64,000 bases of DNA from Bacilli bacterium (GCA_017409905.1 JAFQRV010000038.1:12686-76685), one strand, 5' to 3'; positions 46,614 through 57,920 are shown, counted from the stretch's first letter. The notes: generated from the letters alone by a model not told the origin. Program-made: numbers and translations.

Positions 46614-47489
46614 ATGAAAATATTATGTTTTGATATTGGTTGTACAGATATTAAATATGGAATTGTTGAAGATGGAAATATCTTAATTAAAAAGAAAATT
46701 CCTACTAATGTCCCAGCTGGATTGGAAAACTTCAAAGAAAATTTAAAAATAATTGTTGATTGTTTAACTGCAACAACGGATATTAAGTATGTTGGTGTAA
46801 GTTGTGCAGGAAGTATTGACATTCATCAATCAAAAATAGTTGTATCTCCAGACAATGCTTTATGGTTAGGTGACTTTGATTTCAAAGCATTCTTTAAAGA
46901 TAATTTTGGTTTAGAATGTTTTGCGGATAACGATGTTAACTGTTTTGGTTTAGCAGAAATGATTGCCGGTCACGGAAGAAATTATGATCATTTCTTAATG
47001 ATGACTGTTGGCACTGGTATTGGTGGGGCGATTATTATGCAAAAACAATTATGGCGTGGACCTAACTATAATGCTGGTGAATTTGGTAGAATGATTATGC
47101 AAGATGGTGTAGCTTATGAAGATGTAGCTGCAACATCAGCACTTGTAAGATTCGCAAAAGAAGCAGGACTAGATGTTAAAAATGGTAATGAAGTATTTGA
47201 ATTATATGATGCAAAAAATAAAATTGCAAGACAAGTTGTTAAAAACTTCTATGATTATCTTGCAATAGGCATTTCAAATTTAGTTTACGCTTTTAATCCT
47301 CAAAGTATTATTATTGGTGGTGGAATTACTAATCGTGATACTTTTATCGATGAATTAAAGGAAGAATTACAAAAAATTTTACATCATAGTTTCTATGAAA
47401 CTGTGGTTGTTCAAAGATCACACTTTAAAAATGATGGTGGCATGTTAGGTGCTTACTATTTGGTAATGGAAAATATTAAGGAGAAATAA
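46614..47489 (+). CDS. ROK-family sugar kinase (glucokinase-like, lacks the Cys zinc motif)
   Basis: ILCFDIGCTDIKYG, DNDVNCFGLAE, TVGTGIGGAII...AGEFG (ROK signature). No CxCGxxGC is present. TAGGAGG RBS 9 nt after the dnaE stop. Confidence 0.85.
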   Translation: MKILCFDIGCTDIKYGIVEDGNILIKKKIPTNVPAGLENFKENLKIIVDCLTATTDIKYVGVSCAGSIDIHQSKIVVSPDNALWLGDFDFKAFFKDNFGLECFADNDVNCFGLAEMIAGHGRNYDHFLMMTVGTGIGGAIIMQKQLWRGPNYNAGEFGRMIMQDGVAYEDVAATSALVRFAKEAGLDVKNGNEVFELYDAKNKIARQVVKNFYDYLAIGISNLVYAFNPQSIIIGGGITNRDTFIDELKEELQKILHHSFYETVVVQRSHFKNDGGMLGAYYLVMENIKEK

Positions 47490-47493
47490 TAAA

Positions 47494-49188
47494 ATGGATG
47501 CAAAAACATTACAAAAAATTTCAATGTGGAATAATGCTGATTTAGAGTCTAGTTTACGTGAAGAATTACAAAATTTATCACCAGAAGAATTAGAAGATGC
47601 TTTCTATGTCGATTTAGCATTTGGTACTGGTGGTTTAAGAGGTGTAATGGGTGTTGGAACTAACCGTATGAATATTTACATTATTCGTAAATGTACTTAT
47701 GGTTTTGGACAATATTTATTAGAAAAAAGTAAAGGAAAAAAGGATGCTAGTGTAACTATTTCTCATGACTGCAGACATCATTCAAGAGAATTTGCTGAAA
47801 CTGCTGCTAGTGTTTTAGCAACAATGGGATTAAAAGTCTACTTATTTGAAGACTTACGTTCTACTCCAGAATTAAGCTTTGCTGTTAGACATTTAAAATC
47901 AGTAGGTGGAATAATGGTTACTGCATCACATAATCCTCCTAAATATAATGGTTATAAAGTATATGATGAAAAAGGTTGCCAATTAATTCCTGAATTAGCT
48001 GATCAAGTTATCGCAAAAATTGATGCAATTGATGATATTTTCTCAATTCCTGTTAGACCATTTGAAGAATTAGTAAAAGAACATAAGATTGAAATTATTG
48101 GTGAAGAAATTGATAAAGCTTATTTAGAACAAGTATTAACAGTTAAAGTTCAAGATGTTCAAAAAGATGATTTATCAATTGTCTTTACTCCATTACATGG
48201 AACAGCTAGTGTTAAACTTGTTGATTTATTAAAAGAGCAAGGATATCATGTAACACCAGTTGCTGAACAAATGATTCCTGATGGTAATTTCTCAACTTTA
48301 AAATCACCAAATCCAGAAGATTCGAGAGCTTTTGAATATGCTATTGAATTAGGTAAAAAGATTAAAGCTGATATCTTAATTGCGACAGACCCTGATGCTG
48401 ATAGAATGGGTATCGCAATATGGCATAATGGTGAATATATTTTATTAACAGGTAATCAAACAGGAGCAATCCTATTAGATTATTTAGCTAAATTTAGAAA
48501 ATATGGTAACAAAGCTAATGTTTATAATACGATTGTAACTAGCAATTTTGCGAAAGCTATTTGTGATAAATATGGACTACATCTATATCAAACGTTAACT
48601 GGTTTTAAGTTTATTGGTGAACAAGCAGCTAAGATTGAAAATACTGATGAAGAATTCTTCTTTGGTTATGAAGAATCTTATGGTTATGTAATTAAAGACT
48701 TTGTAAGAGATAAAGATTCATACCAAGCTACCTTATTACTTGCAGAAGTTGCTGCTTATTATAAGAGTATAGGTAAAAACTTAGTTGAAGTTTTAAATGA
48801 TTTATATGAAGAATTTGGATATTACATGGAAGGTGTTCAAAACTTCTATATGGAAGGTAAAACTGGAAGTGAAAAGATTAATCGTATAATGGAAGCTTTC
48901 CAAAATAATCCATTACAAGAAGTATGTGGTAAAAAGATTGTTCGAATTGAAGACTATAAATTAAGTAAAGCATATGAAAATGGAGAAGTTAGTGAATTAA
49001 CATTACCTAAATCATTTGTATTAAAATACATTTTTGAAGATGGTGGATGGTTTGTATTAAGACCAAGTGGAACTGAGCCAAAATTAAAGATTTATATTGC
49101 AATCGTTGAAAAGTCAAAAGAAGCGGCTGATGAATTTATTGGTAAACTTCAAGCTGAATTAAAACAAAAAGTGGAGGAAGTTGAATAA
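47494..49188 (+). CDS. pgcA: phosphoglucomutase / phospho-sugar mutase (PgcA-type)
   Basis: Active-site [14 protein letters not shown], Mg site TDPDADR, sugar loop GYEESYG. 564 aa. Confidence 0.93.
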   Translation: MDAKTLQKISMWNNADLESSLREELQNLSPEELEDAFYVDLAFGTGGLRGVMGVGTNRMNIYIIRKCTYGFGQYLLEKSKGKKDASVTISHDCRHHSREFAETAASVLATMGLKVYLFEDLRSTPELSFAVRHLKSVGGIMVTASHNPPKYNGYKVYDEKGCQLIPELADQVIAKIDAIDDIFSIPVRPFEELVKEHKIEIIGEEIDKAYLEQVLTVKVQDVQKDDLSIVFTPLHGTASVKLVDLLKEQGYHVTPVAEQMIPDGNFSTLKSPNPEDSRAFEYAIELGKKIKADILIATDPDADRMGIAIWHNGEYILLTGNQTGAILLDYLAKFRKYGNKANVYNTIVTSNFAKAICDKYGLHLYQTLTGFKFIGEQAAKIENTDEEFFFGYEESYGYVIKDFVRDKDSYQATLLLAEVAAYYKSIGKNLVEVLNDLYEEFGYYMEGVQNFYMEGKTGSEKINRIMEAFQNNPLQEVCGKKIVRIEDYKLSKAYENGEVSELTLPKSFVLKYIFEDGGWFVLRPSGTEPKLKIYIAIVEKSKEAADEFIGKLQAELKQKVEEVE

Positions 49189-50498
49189 TGATTAAAGTTA
49201 ATTATCAAAACGCTTTAAGTCAAGAAGAACTTTTTAATAAAAAAAGTGCTATTTTAGAAGCATATGAAGTTTTAACAAAAAAAACTGGAGCAGGTAATGA
49301 TTTCTTAGGTTGGTTGAGATATCCAGTTGAATATGATAAAGAAGAATATGCTAGAATTAAAAAGGCAGCTAAAAAGATTCAAGAAGAATCAGAAGTATTA
49401 GTAGTTGTTGGGATTGGTGGCTCTTATTTAGGTGCGAAAGCAGTAATTGAAGCTTTAAAAGATTATTTCCCACTTAATAAATCAATTGAAATTGTATTTG
49501 CAGGTCATACTCTATCTTCTACTTATATGCATCAATTACTTAAATATTTAGAAAATAAAGAGTTTTCAGTAAATGTTATTTCTAAAAGTGGTACTACAAC
49601 AGAACCAGCTATTGCTTTTAGATTATTAAAAGAGTTATTAGAAAAGAAATATGGTGAAAAAGCGAACAGCAGAATCTATGCAACTACTGATAAAGCCAAA
49701 GGGGCTTTAAGAGTACAAGCAAACGAATTAGGCTATGAAACGTTCATTGTTCCTGATGATGTAGGTGGTCGTTATTCATGGTTTACTGCAGTTGGTTTAT
49801 TACCAATCGCTTGTGCAGGTGTTGATATTGATTTGTTATTTAAAGGTGCATTTGATGCCATGAATGATGCCTATCAATTACCGTTTGAAGAAAACATGGC
49901 ATTACAATATGCAGGATGTCGTAATATTCTATATAATAAAGAAAAGTTTATCGAAATATTAGTTTCTTATGAACCAAAATTATCATTTATAAGTGAATGG
50001 TGGAAACAATTATTCGGTGAATCTGAAGGAAAAGATGGAGTTGGAATATTCCCTGCAAGCTTAGTTTATTCAACAGATTTACATTCTATGGGGCAATATG
50101 TTCAAGAAGGTAAACGTTTAATGTTTGAAACTGTTCTTAAAGTTAATAATCCAGAAGAAGACTTAGTATTAAGAGAAGCTGCTAGTGATTTAGATGGTAT
50201 TAATTACTTGGCAGGAAAAAAACTTAGCGAAGTTAATGATAAAGCAATGGTTGGAACTGCTCTTGCACACGTCGATGGTGGTGTTCCAAACATTATGTTA
50301 GAATTAGAACAAGTAGATGCTTATAATATTGGTTATTTATTATACTTTATGATGTTTAGTTGTGGTGTTGCTTGTTATATGCAACATATTAATCCATTCA
50401 ATCAACCTGGTGTTGAAAGTTATAAAAAGAATATGTTTGCATTACTTGGAAAACCTGGTTTTGAAGAATTAGGCGAAACTCTTAAGAAACGTTTATAA
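49188..50498 (+). CDS. pgi: glucose-6-phosphate isomerase (short Firmicute type)
   Basis: [47 protein letters not shown]. Start overlaps the pgcA stop. Confidence 0.95.
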   Translation: MIKVNYQNALSQEELFNKKSAILEAYEVLTKKTGAGNDFLGWLRYPVEYDKEEYARIKKAAKKIQEESEVLVVVGIGGSYLGAKAVIEALKDYFPLNKSIEIVFAGHTLSSTYMHQLLKYLENKEFSVNVISKSGTTTEPAIAFRLLKELLEKKYGEKANSRIYATTDKAKGALRVQANELGYETFIVPDDVGGRYSWFTAVGLLPIACAGVDIDLLFKGAFDAMNDAYQLPFEENMALQYAGCRNILYNKEKFIEILVSYEPKLSFISEWWKQLFGESEGKDGVGIFPASLVYSTDLHSMGQYVQEGKRLMFETVLKVNNPEEDLVLREAASDLDGINYLAGKKLSEVNDKAMVGTALAHVDGGVPNIMLELEQVDAYNIGYLLYFMMFSCGVACYMQHINPFNQPGVESYKKNMFALLGKPGFEELGETLKKRL

Positions 50499-50505
50499 AA
50501 AAATA

Positions 50506-50534
50506 TTGATTTAATTAATAATCTTTGTTATAAT
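50506..50534 (+). promoter_or_regulatory. sigma-A-type extended -10 promoter (NAGPA-family gene)
   Basis: TTGATT (50506-11), 17-nt spacer ending TGt, TATAAT (50529-34). The first ATG of the ORF is only 4 nt downstream of the -10 hexamer. Confidence 0.6.
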
Positions 50535-50538
50535 TAAT

Positions 50539-52674
50539 ATGAAAAAAAAGAAAGTTGATAAAGGAAAAATGAAATTAAGAAAAATTTTTAGTTATTGTCT
50601 AGTATTATTAACTGTGTTCTTCGTAGGGGCACAAGCTATATCTGCTGCTGAAGGCAATTTAGCTTTCACAAAAGATGAAGTATTAAACAGCCAACAATTA
50701 ATTGATGGCGTAAAATGGGAAAAATATAAAGGTGTATCTACTCATGATGATGGTTCAAAAGGAAATCAAGTAGTTAACTTTGCAAGTATTGCTCCTGGTG
50801 CTGCTCAAATTATTGGTTGGGGAATTCCTAGTGCTACTGGTATTAAACCAAGTACTGTATTAGAAGCAGCTGCTCATTATGAAAAAACTCATCCTGATAT
50901 GCAAGTAATTGCAGCTATTAATAATGACTATTTTGGATCAGATTCTTCAACTGGTATTTTCTCTATGCGTAATACTTCAGTTATTGATGGTGTAGTTTAT
51001 CGTGAAAAGTCAATGTATTCTCAAATGTATGGTATTGGTGTTGATAATAATGGCCAATTTAAATTAACAGCTCCTGGTGGACAACTTGAAATATCTGATA
51101 ATTATTTCTTAGATATTTATGATGCATCTGGAACATATGTTATTAAAACTATTGAATTAGCAGGTTTCAATACAACTATTGGTGACGGTGAAACTGCAGT
51201 TATTTACAAAACTGCTGTTACAGCTGATGGATTCGAAATTTTCGAATTAGCTACTACAAGCGCATCAAAGATTGATACTACTTTCTATATTGCTGGTAAG
51301 AGCAAAGGTAATGTATCTGCAACTACTGCAAGTTCTGTTGCAATTGCAACTAAAGATTTAGAAGTAGCAAATTTAATAGATTCAGGTGCAAATGTTCGTG
51401 TTTATAAAACATTAGCTGGTGAATGGGCTGAATACTCATCAATTATTGGCTGTCCTGCACAAACTTTAAAAGATGGTGTTATTCAAACTGTTGAAGAAAT
51501 AAAAGACTATGGATATGATCATGTAAATGACCGTCATCCTAGAACTGCAATTGGTTTCAAAGCAGATGGAACTGTATATATTATGGTAATTGATGGACGT
51601 CAAGCTGAAAAAGGCATGGATGGCGTTTCTGAAAGAGAAAATGCTTTAGCTTTAAAACAAGAAGGTTGCGTTGCTGCATTTAACTTTGATGGTGGAGGTT
51701 CAAGTACTTTCGCTGTATTAATTGATGGTGAATTAACTGTTACTAACTCTCCATCTGATGGTAGTTTAAGAAGTGATGCTAATCATTTATTAGTTGTTGC
51801 TCCAAGAGCTAAAGTTAATTATGAAACTGAACAAACTGTTTTAAGCAATGGTTTAGTTTCTGTGAAAGGTTCTGCGACTATTGAAGGATTAAATGGTAAT
51901 GAATTTAAAAATTCAACAATCTTAGTAAATGGTGTCGCAACTAATCAAAGTATTGAAGACTTTTCATTAGAATTATTACCTAATAAAGAATACAAATTAA
52001 GTATTAAAACAACTTGTACATATGGTGGTAAATCATCAACTAAAGTAATAGGTGAACAATTAATTAAAACCGAAGGAGAAACAAAAGAAATGGTTGCTCC
52101 TAATAAGTTTGATTTTGGTTTTGAATTAAGTAATTTAGGTTTCGTAGTTCAAATAAAAGTAAGTGATCCTCACAATGTTATTACATCTGTTAATGTAAGT
52201 TACAATAATAAAACTGTAGCTGCCACAAGAAATTCAGAAGGATTCTTTATTAATGTTATGTCTAAAGAAGCAAAAGATTATGAATTTACAGTTAGTTATA
52301 CTTATCGTTTAGCTATTGGACAAGAACAAGAAGTTACTTTAGACCCTGTTAATTATACATATGGTCAAGAAATGCCTGAACATGAACACGTTGAATGTCC
52401 AGAATGTGGTTTATGTACTGATGCTGATTGTGATGGAAAAGAATCTGATAAGTGTCAAGGTCATGATGAAGAACATGTACACGTTGAATGTCCAGAATGT
52501 GGCAAATGTATAGCAGATGAATGTAATGGAAAAGAATCTGAAAAATGTCAAGGTCATAAAGCAACTGATGGAACTACAGGTAATAGTGGAATGAATTGTA
52601 ATTTTGGTGGTTTATTGGTATCTTCATTTATTGCATCTTTTGCATTATTAGTAATTGTTCTTAAAAGAAAATAA
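50539..52674 (+). CDS. secreted phosphodiester glycosidase (NAGPA/DUF2233) family protein with Ig-like region, Cys/His-rich repeats and C-terminal TM anchor
   Basis: Signal peptide (LVLLTVFFVGAQAISA/AEG). HPRTAIGFKADGTVYIMVIDGRQ and FNFDGGGSS motifs. C-terminal hydrophobic segment LLVSSFIASFALLVIVLKRK. An alternative in-frame start is at 50569. Confidence 0.85.
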   Translation: MKKKKVDKGKMKLRKIFSYCLVLLTVFFVGAQAISAAEGNLAFTKDEVLNSQQLIDGVKWEKYKGVSTHDDGSKGNQVVNFASIAPGAAQIIGWGIPSATGIKPSTVLEAAAHYEKTHPDMQVIAAINNDYFGSDSSTGIFSMRNTSVIDGVVYREKSMYSQMYGIGVDNNGQFKLTAPGGQLEISDNYFLDIYDASGTYVIKTIELAGFNTTIGDGETAVIYKTAVTADGFEIFELATTSASKIDTTFYIAGKSKGNVSATTASSVAIATKDLEVANLIDSGANVRVYKTLAGEWAEYSSIIGCPAQTLKDGVIQTVEEIKDYGYDHVNDRHPRTAIGFKADGTVYIMVIDGRQAEKGMDGVSERENALALKQEGCVAAFNFDGGGSSTFAVLIDGELTVTNSPSDGSLRSDANHLLVVAPRAKVNYETEQTVLSNGLVSVKGSATIEGLNGNEFKNSTILVNGVATNQSIEDFSLELLPNKEYKLSIKTTCTYGGKSSTKVIGEQLIKTEGETKEMVAPNKFDFGFELSNLGFVVQIKVSDPHNVITSVNVSYNNKTVAATRNSEGFFINVMSKEAKDYEFTVSYTYRLAIGQEQEVTLDPVNYTYGQEMPEHEHVECPECGLCTDADCDGKESDKCQGHDEEHVHVECPECGKCIADECNGKESEKCQGHKATDGTTGNSGMNCNFGGLLVSSFIASFALLVIVLKRK
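52378..52563 (+). repeat. 2 x 93-bp in-frame tandem repeat encoding a 31-aa Cys/His-rich module
   Basis: Copy 1 (52378-52470) encodes EHEHVECPECGLCTDADCDGKESDKCQGHDE. Copy 2 (52471-52563) encodes EHVHVECPECGKCIADECNGKESEKCQGHKA. Long identical DNA runs are shared, for example cacgttgaatgtccagaatgtgg. Confidence 0.9.
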
Positions 52675-52684
52675 TTTAAAATTA

Positions 52685-52713
52685 AAATAGCTGTTTTAAA
52701 ACAGCTATTTTTT
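52685..52713 (+). terminator. intrinsic terminator after NAGPA-family gene
   Basis: AAAUAGCUGUUUU/AAAACAGCUAUUU plus U-run. Confidence 0.85.
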
Positions 52714-52727
52714 AATTGTGATATCTA

Positions 52728-52756
52728 TTGATAAAAAGAGAAAAATATGTTAAAAT
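52728..52756 (+). promoter_or_regulatory. sigma-A-type extended -10 promoter (tgt)
   Basis: TTGATA, 17-nt spacer ending TGt, TAAAAT (52751-56). Confidence 0.55.
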
Positions 52757-52771
52757 ATAAAAGCAATGTAG

Positions 52772-53922
<1,151 letters not shown>

Positions 53923-53923
<1 letters not shown>

Positions 53924-54753
53924 TGAAAAAAGTATTTTTAGTTATTTTAATATGTATATCAACATTTTTAATTACTAGTTGTGATAAAACAATATCAATT
54001 GATAACACTATTCCATTAACCTTAACTGAAGAGTGGAAAAATACCATTACTCACAATGGTAATGTACCTTGTATTTTATTTGAATTTGAAGGAAGTTTTA
54101 ATGTCTATGAAACTTCATCAGAGTTAGGTTATATATTTACTAAAAATGATAATTTGTTGTTAAGTAATGCTATAGGTAACCATTTTGATAATAAAATTAA
54201 AAATAATTATATAATCACATCTAAAACATTACAAGAGTATGACGCAGAAGGTGGAGCATTATTTGGAGATAAAAGAATACAAATAGATAATGGTACTAAT
54301 TCATATGAGTATACAATAGTAGCATGGGATGAAACTGGAACTAGATATTCTATGATGTATCGTTCATTTATTTCTAATGGAAAAGTATATTATGCTTATA
54401 CATATCATTCAGGGATTACAATGAGTTTAGAAGTACCCCTTATTGTTCAAGAGATTAATGGTAAACAACAAGTATTCATGACTTCTTTACCTTATGACAC
54501 ATCTTATAAATTAAATATTAACACTAAAATTAAAAGTTTATTAAAGAAAGATGAGTATTTAAAAGAAGAATATCATATATTTAATTATCCAAATTATTTA
54601 AAAGATAGTACTAATAAAATAGAAGATACAAAAGATTGGTATATAAAGTATTGTAATGGTCGTGAAGAAAATAATCAGTTTATTTTTACCTATATTGGAA
54701 TTGATTATGTAGTTGATTTTTTTGATCAAACATTTTCTATTTATGTAAAATAA
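53923..54753 (+). CDS. lipoprotein of unknown function
   Basis: Lipobox FLITSCD. Start overlaps the tgt stop (TAATG), with AAGGA upstream. 276 aa. Terminator follows. Confidence 0.75.
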
Positions 54754-54754
54754 T

Positions 54755-54787
54755 AAGAGCTTTTTAAACAAGCTCTTTTATTTTTTA
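54755..54787 (+). terminator. intrinsic terminator after tgt-lipoprotein unit
   Basis: AAGAGCUU-(loop)-AAGCUCUU plus UUAUUUUUU. Confidence 0.8.
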
Positions 54788-54815
54788 TCATATTTTAGAT
54801 TTTATACTCCTTTTC

Positions 54816-54844
54816 TTGTTTTTTTTGTGATAATTTGTTATAAT
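54816..54844 (+). promoter_or_regulatory. sigma-A-type extended -10 promoter (dnaD-nth)
   Basis: TTGTTT, 17-nt spacer ending TGt, TATAAT (54839-44). Confidence 0.5.
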
Positions 54845-54869
54845 ACGAAAAGTAAAGAGGGCTTTTATT

Positions 54870-55487
54870 ATGAATAATTATGGTAAATTAATAGAATCAC
54901 ATATGATATCTTTTAAAGAAGTATTAGTAATGAATTATAAGGCTATTGGTTTGAATGAAACAGAAGCAATGGTTATAATTTTACTTTATGAACAAAAGAA
55001 ACATAAAAATAATGCTTTATCAGTTAGTAATATTTCTAAATATGTAACTTTAAAAGAAAATGAATTATCCAAATTAATAGTTAGTTTAGTTGAAAGAGAT
55101 TATATTGAACTAATATTTGAAGATAATAATGAAGAAAAGTTTTCTTTGGCACCAACTATTGAAAAATTAGGTAGTGTTTTAGAATCAATAGATAAGAATG
55201 AAACAGGTGTTCAAGAAGATATATCTAAATTAATTAGTTATTTAGAAACGGCTTATCAAAAACAACTATCAGCTAGTGAACTAGTTATTGTTCAAAAATG
55301 GGTTTCAGAAAATAAAAGTATGAAAGATATTATGAATGCGGTAAATGAAACTCTACGTTTAGGAAAACATAATGTTAAATATGCTGATGCAATTTTGACT
55401 TCAAAAGCACCAAGAGAAAAATCTAATAATATCGATCCAGAAATTCAAAAGGTTTTAAAACAAATTAATGTTAAACATAGCGCCTAA
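54870..55487 (+). CDS. dnaD: DnaD-domain replication initiation/membrane attachment protein
   Basis: Winged-helix-like N-terminal half. The C-terminal DnaD/DnaB_2 pattern is LSASELVIVQKWVSENKSMKDIMNAVNETLRLGKHNVKYADAIL. Conserved dnaD-nth adjacency as in B. subtilis. Confidence 0.82.
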   Translation: MNNYGKLIESHMISFKEVLVMNYKAIGLNETEAMVIILLYEQKKHKNNALSVSNISKYVTLKENELSKLIVSLVERDYIELIFEDNNEEKFSLAPTIEKLGSVLESIDKNETGVQEDISKLISYLETAYQKQLSASELVIVQKWVSENKSMKDIMNAVNETLRLGKHNVKYADAILTSKAPREKSNNIDPEIQKVLKQINVKHSA

Positions 55488-56097
55488 TAAAGTATCAGAA
55501 GAACTAGCAAAGCTTTTTCCAAATGCTAGTTGTGAATTAAATTATAAAAATGTTTATGAATTAAGTGTTGCGGTTATTCTAAGTGCTCAAACAACAGATA
55601 AGTCGGTAAATAAAGTAACACCTAAATTATTTGAAAAATATCCTGACATATTTACTCTTTCTATAGCAAACAAGAAAGATGTTGAAGATATTATTCAATC
55701 AATTGGCTTATATAAAAGAAAAAGTGAATATATTATTGATTTTGCATCATATGTTATGGAAAAATATAAAGGTACTATCCCTAATTCAATTGATGAATTG
55801 ATTAAAATACCTGGAGTTGGTAGAAAAACAGCTAATGTTATAATAAGTGAAGGATATAAGCTACCAGGATTTGCGGTTGATGTTCATGTTTCAAGAGTAA
55901 GTAATAGACTAGGTCTTGTTAATAGTAATGATCCTAATAAAATAGAAATAGAATTAAAAACTATGTTTCCAAAAGAAGAATGGCATATTATGCATCATCG
56001 TTTAATATTTATGGGTAGATACCTTTGTAAAGCTCAAAAGCCAGAATGTTTTAGATGCCCTTTTATTAATAAATGTTTATATGACAAGAAATGTTAA
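55468..56097 (+). CDS. nth: endonuclease III (DNA-(apurinic/apyrimidinic site) lyase)
   Basis: ELNYKNVYELSVAVILSAQTTD, HhH-GPD (IPGVGRKTANVI), catalytic D in VDVHV, 4Fe-4S cluster CKAQKPECFRCPFINKC. Overlaps dnaD by 20 nt. Confidence 0.93.
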   Translation: MLNIAPNKVSEELAKLFPNASCELNYKNVYELSVAVILSAQTTDKSVNKVTPKLFEKYPDIFTLSIANKKDVEDIIQSIGLYKRKSEYIIDFASYVMEKYKGTIPNSIDELIKIPGVGRKTANVIISEGYKLPGFAVDVHVSRVSNRLGLVNSNDPNKIEIELKTMFPKEEWHIMHHRLIFMGRYLCKAQKPECFRCPFINKCLYDKKC

Positions 56098-56101
56098 AAA
56101 A

Positions 56102-56137
56102 CCCCTAAGTTATTTATTATAATAACCTAGGGGTTTT
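56102..56137 (+). terminator. intrinsic terminator after nth
   Basis: CCCCUAAGUUA-(loop)-UAACCUAGGGG (one mismatch) plus U4. The cse60 ATG follows at 56141. Confidence 0.7.
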
Positions 56138-56140
56138 ATT

Positions 56141-56362
56141 ATGAAAATTAAAGTATTTGATTGTGAACATGAAGCGGATTTAGAATATGAAATTAATAAT
56201 TTTTTAGAATTAATAGATGATAAAGATATTATTGATATCCAATATCGTACTTCAATGATGTATGATGAAAGAAGTCAAATATATTCATATTCTTGTATGA
56301 TTGTTTTTAGTGATTCTCAAGGAGTTTATTCAAATCTTCTAAAGAAGGGTCGATATAAATAG
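56141..56362 (+). CDS. cse60: Cse60-family small sporulation protein
   Basis: MKIKVFDCEHEADLEYEINNFLELIDDKDIIDIQYRTS...QIYSYSCMIVF matches my recollection of the Cse60/YteV family pattern (KVKLFDEEHEKDLE..N.FL...IDIKY...IY.FSA.I.Y). The 3' 56 nt overlap convergent rqcH. Confidence 0.7.
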   Translation: MKIKVFDCEHEADLEYEINNFLELIDDKDIIDIQYRTSMMYDERSQIYSYSCMIVFSDSQGVYSNLLKKGRYK

Positions 56363-57920
56363 TTTTTTGATTAGTGTAAGTTACGAAGCATCCTAATGTA
56401 TTAGGAACTTTTTTGATATTTTTGACTAATGTATAATCGACTGCTACACTACTGGATTTTTCATATTTTGAGTTAAGTGCTGCTAAATGAGCAGCAATTC
56501 TAATTACTCTTTCGGATAACTCAGTTGTTTGAACTATTATATGAGCACTAGGCATATCTTTGACATGAAACCAATAATCAGTCTTTTTTGCAAAATTATG
56601 GGTTAAATAATTGTTTTGTAAATTATTCTTACCTACATAAAAAGTAGCATTATCAATACTATATTTTGTAATAGCTTTAATTGAATTATTTTTTACTTTT
56701 GTTTTTTTATCTTCTTTTAGATAACCATTTTGAATTAATTCTTGACGTATTTCTAAAAATTCTTGTTGATTAACGAATTCAATTTGTGATAGAATTGTTT
56801 TTAAGTATCTAATTTCATTATAAGTAATCTCTAATTGTTTATTAATATGGAATATACCGTTTATGCTTTTTTTGTAATTTTTGAAATACTTTTGCATATT
56901 ATCAATTGGAGATTTTAATGGATCTAAAGTAATATCATATATTTTATCTCCCTCAAAAGAAGGAAGAGAAATATTAGTCATTCCTTTTTTAATTTTATAA
57001 AGATATGTTTGAATTAATTGACCTTTTATAATATCTTCAGTGTGCTTTTGTGCATTTTCCAAATCGTTATTTAAATTGTTAACTTTAGATTCTAGGATAT
57101 TTAATTTTCTAGTAATAATTTTTTGTAATAAATGGTAATTTGGATTATCTTGTTTTGTATTTTCTGCATAGTATTTAGATAGCATCGTAGATATGTCATT
57201 AAATGATTCTTTATCTCCTATAATACTTTCTAATTTATATGGAGAAAATACTTTTTTATTTTCAATTGTTATAATTGTAGGATTTATTTCTTTGTTAATA
57301 AAATCACTTACAGAGTTTAAAAACAATATTTCTTGTTTGTGATATTTAGAAAGACCTTCAATATTATTTAATTCTTCAATTTTAATATTATAAGTATCAA
57401 TGAAAGGATTAATCATGTTTCTTTTTTCTGGATATTTATAAGTGGCTTTTGGAATCATAATTCTAGAAGTTTCTAAATTATTTGGGAAATGTCTTTTTAG
57501 TACTTCAATAATCTTATTTTGTTCATTAATTAATATTAAGTTAGAAGATCTACCCATTAATTCAATTATTAATTGATAGATGATTGTATCACCAAGTTCA
57601 TTTTTACCTTCAACATCAATGACTATAATTCGATCATTATCAATTTGTTTAATATTTTTAATGATACCTCTTTCTAAATATTTTCTTAACACCATACAAA
57701 AATTATAGGGTGTTTGAGGTGAATATGGTTTATCATTTGTAAGATAAACTCTAGGTGCAGTATAAGAAACAGAAATTAATAAGTTATAATTCTTAAAGTT
57801 ATGAATTTGTAAGACTATATCTGTTTGATTACTTTGGATAATTTTATTTATTCTGCCATTTAGTATTTTATCTTTAATTTCATTTACTAAATGATGTATT
57901 AAAATTCCATCTATTGCCAT
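56307..57920 (-). CDS. rqcH: ribosome quality control protein RqcH (NFACT / FbpA family)
   Basis: NFACT-N start MAIDGILIHHLVNEIKDKILNGRINKI. Coiled-coil middle region. NFACT-R/DUF814 motif DYWFHVKDMPSAHIIV. AAGGAGG RBS. Confidence 0.9.
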   Translation of the reverse strand: MAIDGILIHHLVNEIKDKILNGRINKIIQSNQTDIVLQIHNFKNYNLLISVSYTAPRVYLTNDKPYSPQTPYNFCMVLRKYLERGIIKNIKQIDNDRIIVIDVEGKNELGDTIIYQLIIELMGRSSNLILINEQNKIIEVLKRHFPNNLETSRIMIPKATYKYPEKRNMINPFIDTYNIKIEELNNIEGLSKYHKQEILFLNSVSDFINKEINPTIITIENKKVFSPYKLESIIGDKESFNDISTMLSKYYAENTKQDNPNYHLLQKIITRKLNILESKVNNLNNDLENAQKHTEDIIKGQLIQTYLYKIKKGMTNISLPSFEGDKIYDITLDPLKSPIDNMQKYFKNYKKSINGIFHINKQLEITYNEIRYLKTILSQIEFVNQQEFLEIRQELIQNGYLKEDKKTKVKNNSIKAITKYSIDNATFYVGKNNLQNNYLTHNFAKKTDYWFHVKDMPSAHIIVQTTELSERVIRIAAHLAALNSKYEKSSSVAVDYTLVKNIKKVPNTLGCFVTYTNQKTIYIDPSLEDLNKLLENH

